A DNA stretch of 63,838 nucleotides, the filler included, from Olpidium bornovanus S191 (lineage: Eukaryota > Fungi > Olpidiomycota): NCBI GenBank assembly GCA_017911155.1. It is 33 parts of 33 records of this genome, joined end to end, with 100 filler letters (N's around TTAATTAATTAA, not from the genome) between each part and the next. Parts side by side here need not be neighbours in the genome. Positions count along the whole stretch, not along the records: positions 60,087 to 62,690 come from JAEFCI010007804.1; positions 62,791 to 63,838 come from JAEFCI010010521.1; 31 more parts are not named here. One strand, given 5' to 3'. How positions within the stretch are numbered: the stretch's first letter is position 1; each line of letters opens with the position of its first letter. Positions 60,540 through 63,838 of the stretch are shown piece after piece. The notes below the pieces were generated by a model, which saw nothing but the letters and a program-made list of their open reading frames with translations, made no database searches and was not told the origin of the DNA. The position numbers were made by a program, and so were the translations under genes.

Positions 60540-62130
60540 ATGGTGGAAGAGAAGAGCGGGGAAAAGCGGCCGCCGGAGCCTCAGCCGTTGGCGGAACTCG
60601 CTGCCCTTGTCGAGAAGGACGGTCCGGAGCTGGGGAAGCTCGTCCGAGACCTGGCGAAGGACGCGCGGGAGCTGAGCACTCACCTCGGCCCCACTCTGGC
60701 GAAAGCCCGGGAAGGGAAGTTTGCCACCGCCCGCGGCCTCGGGTTCCTCGAAGTGAAATGCCGTACGTTTCTCTAGGGCCCCGATGGCCAACCCCTCCCC
60801 CTCACCCCGCCCTCTCCGCCCGAACTTCCGCCGAGACCTCTGCACGTCTGGTCTCAACGTGGTGCTGACGCTGCCGTCGTTTGCGCTGTTGTACAGACAC
60901 TTTACTGCAGTATATCATGCACCTGGTGTTTCTTGTATACCTCAAGCTAGATGGGCAGCCGCTGGAAGATCACCCAGTCGTCGACCGCCTTGTAGAGCTG
61001 AGGTTGGTGCTAGAAAAGCCCAAGCCGATGGAAAGCAAATTCAAGTCCCAGGTTGACAAGCTGCTGAAGCTGGTGATGACCGCGGAGACCGAGGGAGAGG
61101 GTGCCGCGGCACTGGCGAAGGCTGGAATGGACGCGCTGCAGTTCAAGCCCAACGTGCACAACTTCGCGGCGGAAGAAGGCATGGCGCCAGGTGACGAAGG
61201 TGGGCTGCCGAACGCCAAGAGTTCACAACCGTCGTACCGGGTTGCGGTGCGAGGGTAAAAACGGCTGACACGCCCGGGCGTGCTGCGGCGCTTTTTTCGT
61301 GCTTTCTTCCTCCGCTCTCCCCGCAGAGCACGTTTCGGAGAAGCCGCAGCCGAGTGATGGCATCTACCGCCCGCCAAAGGTCGCCCCTGTGGCTTTCGAG
61401 GAGGACACGTCTCGCGCCGAGCGCCGCAAACGCCAGGACGCCCGCACCGCGGAGCGCGCGGCCAAGTCGCGCCTCGTCCGGGACCTGGCGGCCGAGTTCG
61501 ACGACGCGCCCGAGGAGGAGGCCGCAGACGGGGTCGGCGCGCTGTCCGGCCAATACGACCCCGAGGTCGATGCCGTGCGCAGGAGGGACGCATACGAGGA
61601 GGACAACCTTGTTCGCCTCACCGAGTCCAAGAAGGACGCCAAAATGCGGAGGCGCGCTGGGGAGAAAAGGCTGCAAGACGATTTCAAGGTGAGCTGCCGG
61701 GCGGGCAAAGGGGTGATGGTGGTTTTCCATTATTGGACAAAGCTGGTTTGTCGGCGTTGCTGTCCTATTTGACTAGACTGGTTCGTCGGCGTCCGGTTTT
61801 ATTCGGACAAGACTGGTTTGTCCGGCATGCGGTTTCTCCTCAGCCAATCCTCCATCCTTATCGATGCTGGCCGTGTTTTGGCCCGCTGGAGTCTTATCCG
61901 TTGCCTTTGTCCTCGTTCTCCTTCAGAATCTCAACGACTTCAGTTCGCTCGCCAGCATCCGCGCAATGGAGCGGCAGGCCGAGGGGTCGTTCGACCTACT
62001 CCGGAGACGGGAAAAGCGCCGCCAGGCCTCCGCGATTTTCGAGTCAGAAGAAGGCAGTGGCGGGGAAGGTCGGGCCGTCCCGGAGAAGGCTCACCGAAAG
62101 CGACGGAAGAAAAGCAACCGGAAGCGGTGA
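60540..62130 (+). CDS. LCP5: U3 snoRNP/SSU processome protein Lcp5/neuroguidin (Sas10/Utp3/C1D family), complete, 4 exons
   Basis: GLGFLEVKC/HTLLQYIMHLVFLVYLKL...HPVVDRLVELRLVLEK..PMESKFKSQVDKLLK; LQFKPN; GIYRPPKVAPV; YEEDNLVRL; basic C-terminal tail. Confidence 0.9.
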
Positions 62131-62565
62131 CCGGGTGTGTTTGCGTTTTTCTGTCCCGGCGTTTCAGCCCGCTCCGGTGGCGAGGGGGCGAGAAGAGCGG
62201 CGATTTGCCAATGTCGAGAGCGCTGCAACTTGTGCTGTCGGCGATGTACATCCACTGATCGTTTATATAGTTGGTGCTTCCGGGGTGATGTTTTTCTCTA
62301 CCATAATGGATTCTTTACTTTTGCTGATACCCAAAACGGGGGCGACATTTCTGAGGAAGGATGGGGCCGAGAAGTAGTCCTTTCTTTTACCGCTTGGCCC
62401 ACCGCTGTTGCCCGCCACGAACGAGACTTTATTCTGGAAAAGTCCCGTTCCCCATTCCCGTTCGCCCAACGCTGTCTGGCGTCGCTTGAAATGCGCGTCT
62501 TCGGCGCGCGTTTGTTTTTGTTCGCTTCGCAGTGGACCGCGCCGTAGGGGGTTTGCTCAGAGTCG

Positions 62566-62690
62566 CTAAGAATCCTCGATAAGTGAATACAACAGGTCCA
62601 CCTCCTCCTTCCATATCCTGCCGTTCTCCTCCGGTGGGCACGCCGTTTCGAGCACGAGGGGCAGGCCGTTCATCCTCTTGTCGTTCATGA
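62566..62690 (-). CDS. APN1: AP endonuclease Apn1 (endonuclease IV family), last exon fragment (missed by the ORF track)
   Basis: Reverse strand reads MNDKRMNGLPLVLETACPPEENGRIWKEEVDLLYSLIEDS*, matching the EndoIV C-terminal D.R..G.P..LET...W..E..LL motif. Confidence 0.75.
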
Positions 62691-63672
62691 NNNNNNNNNN
62701 NNNNNNNNNNNNNNNNNNNNNNNNNNNNNNNNNNTTAATTAATTAANNNNNNNNNNNNNNNNNNNNNNNNNNNNNNNNNNNNNNNNNNNNCATGGACCTT
62801 ATCACGGCAGGCGTGCATCACGATCTCATCCTGTGAAGCCGAGTTTGCCGACGAATTAATCGTCGCACAAGAAGATCAATGGTTGCGGCTTGTACTCCAT
62901 CACTTGGACCCACAGGTGACCGCGGGCCCGGCAGCTTTTAGAATGGACAACGACGGGGCAAAAGAGCTCGCATCTGCCAAGGCAACTCGTCGCTCAAAGC
63001 ATATCGAGTGAAATGCCATCATCTTTGATGGAGCGTTGCCGGAGGTATCATCGAGATCTAACGCGTCGCATTATCCGAGAACGCGGCCGATAGGTCCATA
63101 AAGCCTCTGGATAAAATTTGATTCTTAAGCTTCTGAGGCCATGCTGGGGTACACCACGTCGGGCGCGCGCCAGAGACGACCGCCAAGATCGAAGCAATTG
63201 CTGCGGTTAACGAGGAATAAAGCTTCGGCGGGACGAATGCAGGCAGAATGCGCAACGCAAACGTGAAACCGCCCGAGAATCAGTCCTTATAAATTAGATA
63301 GACATCGTTTGTACTTTCTGTAGTGACGACGGAGGTTAGGAGCATTCGGTGAGACGGGGTGTAAGAGAAATAAAGAGGAAGGACTTTGGCGCCGCGGCAC
63401 TACGCGCTCCAAGCCCCTTTCCCTTTTGCCATTGGATTCCTGTCGGCCAGCCATATCAAAGAAGGCCGGGAGTAGAAACCCCGAATAGCAGACAGACAGA
63501 CGACAAAAGTTTTTTGCACGGCCTCTCCCTCTCACCTCCGTGACGTCGCCCAGTGACGGCCTTGCCTTCTCGGCTCCGAACTGCGAGACACGTTGTTCCC
63601 TCCGCCCCCGCCTGGCCCACCAAAGCCAGCAGAGCAGCACGCAACGCGGGGGTGTCACCCGAGCCGAAGAGC

Positions 63673-63718
<46 letters not shown>

Positions 63719-63838
63719 CGCCAACCCCGGGGGGGGCGGGGGGGGGGGGGGGGGGGGGGGCGGGGGCCGGCGAAACAACAGCCCCCCAGCGCCACCTTCA
63801 GATCGGCCAGCGCCCGGGAAGCCGCGAAGTTACAAAAA

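Noticed and set aside
62791-63300. Possible coding exons in the last contig (also unresolved: 16150-16900, 17010-18021, 27900-28276, 39865-40996, 49754-50000)
   Set aside because: Short protein-like segments with splice signals exist, but I could not assign a family or build a reliable gene model.

Overview
This is not one contiguous locus. It is 33 short eukaryotic contigs (about 1.0-3.9 kb each) joined by 32 identical 100-nt artificial spacers (44 N + TTAATTAATTAA + 44 N; stops in all six frames), so adjacency across a spacer means nothing. The DNA is GC-rich and intron-rich. Velvet, Rax2-like, Sgf73 and Sip3-like genes show it is fungal; an early-diverging lineage is likely, but that is inference and the species cannot be named from sequence. 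By manual splicing I recognise mostly partial housekeeping genes: SIP3-like BAR, BRX1, UCH-L3/YUH1 (complete), a 2OG-Fe(II) oxygenase, DNAJC8/spf31, an FYR-domain protein, a divergent POP5/TIF6 pair, SGF73, short/branched-chain acyl-CoA dehydrogenase (complete), NOG2, CBK1/orb6, a Rax2-like protein with an SH3 tail, a C2H2 protein, eIF3L, RAD23, velvet, SGT2, RAP1, LCP5 and APN1. There are also decayed Copia and Gypsy remnants, several orphan ORFs (including an intronless secreted 309-aa protein) and several minisatellites. I found no rRNA, tRNA or CRISPR array and cannot support a new multi-gene system. The best leads are: contig ends strongly enriched for CATG; the secreted orphan; a hairpin-rich 14-mer array; the Rax2-like-TM-SH3 architecture; the POP5-TIF6 head-to-head pair; and repeated AAG splice acceptors plus a GC-AG intron. 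All protein identifications come from motif recognition by eye, not database searches.
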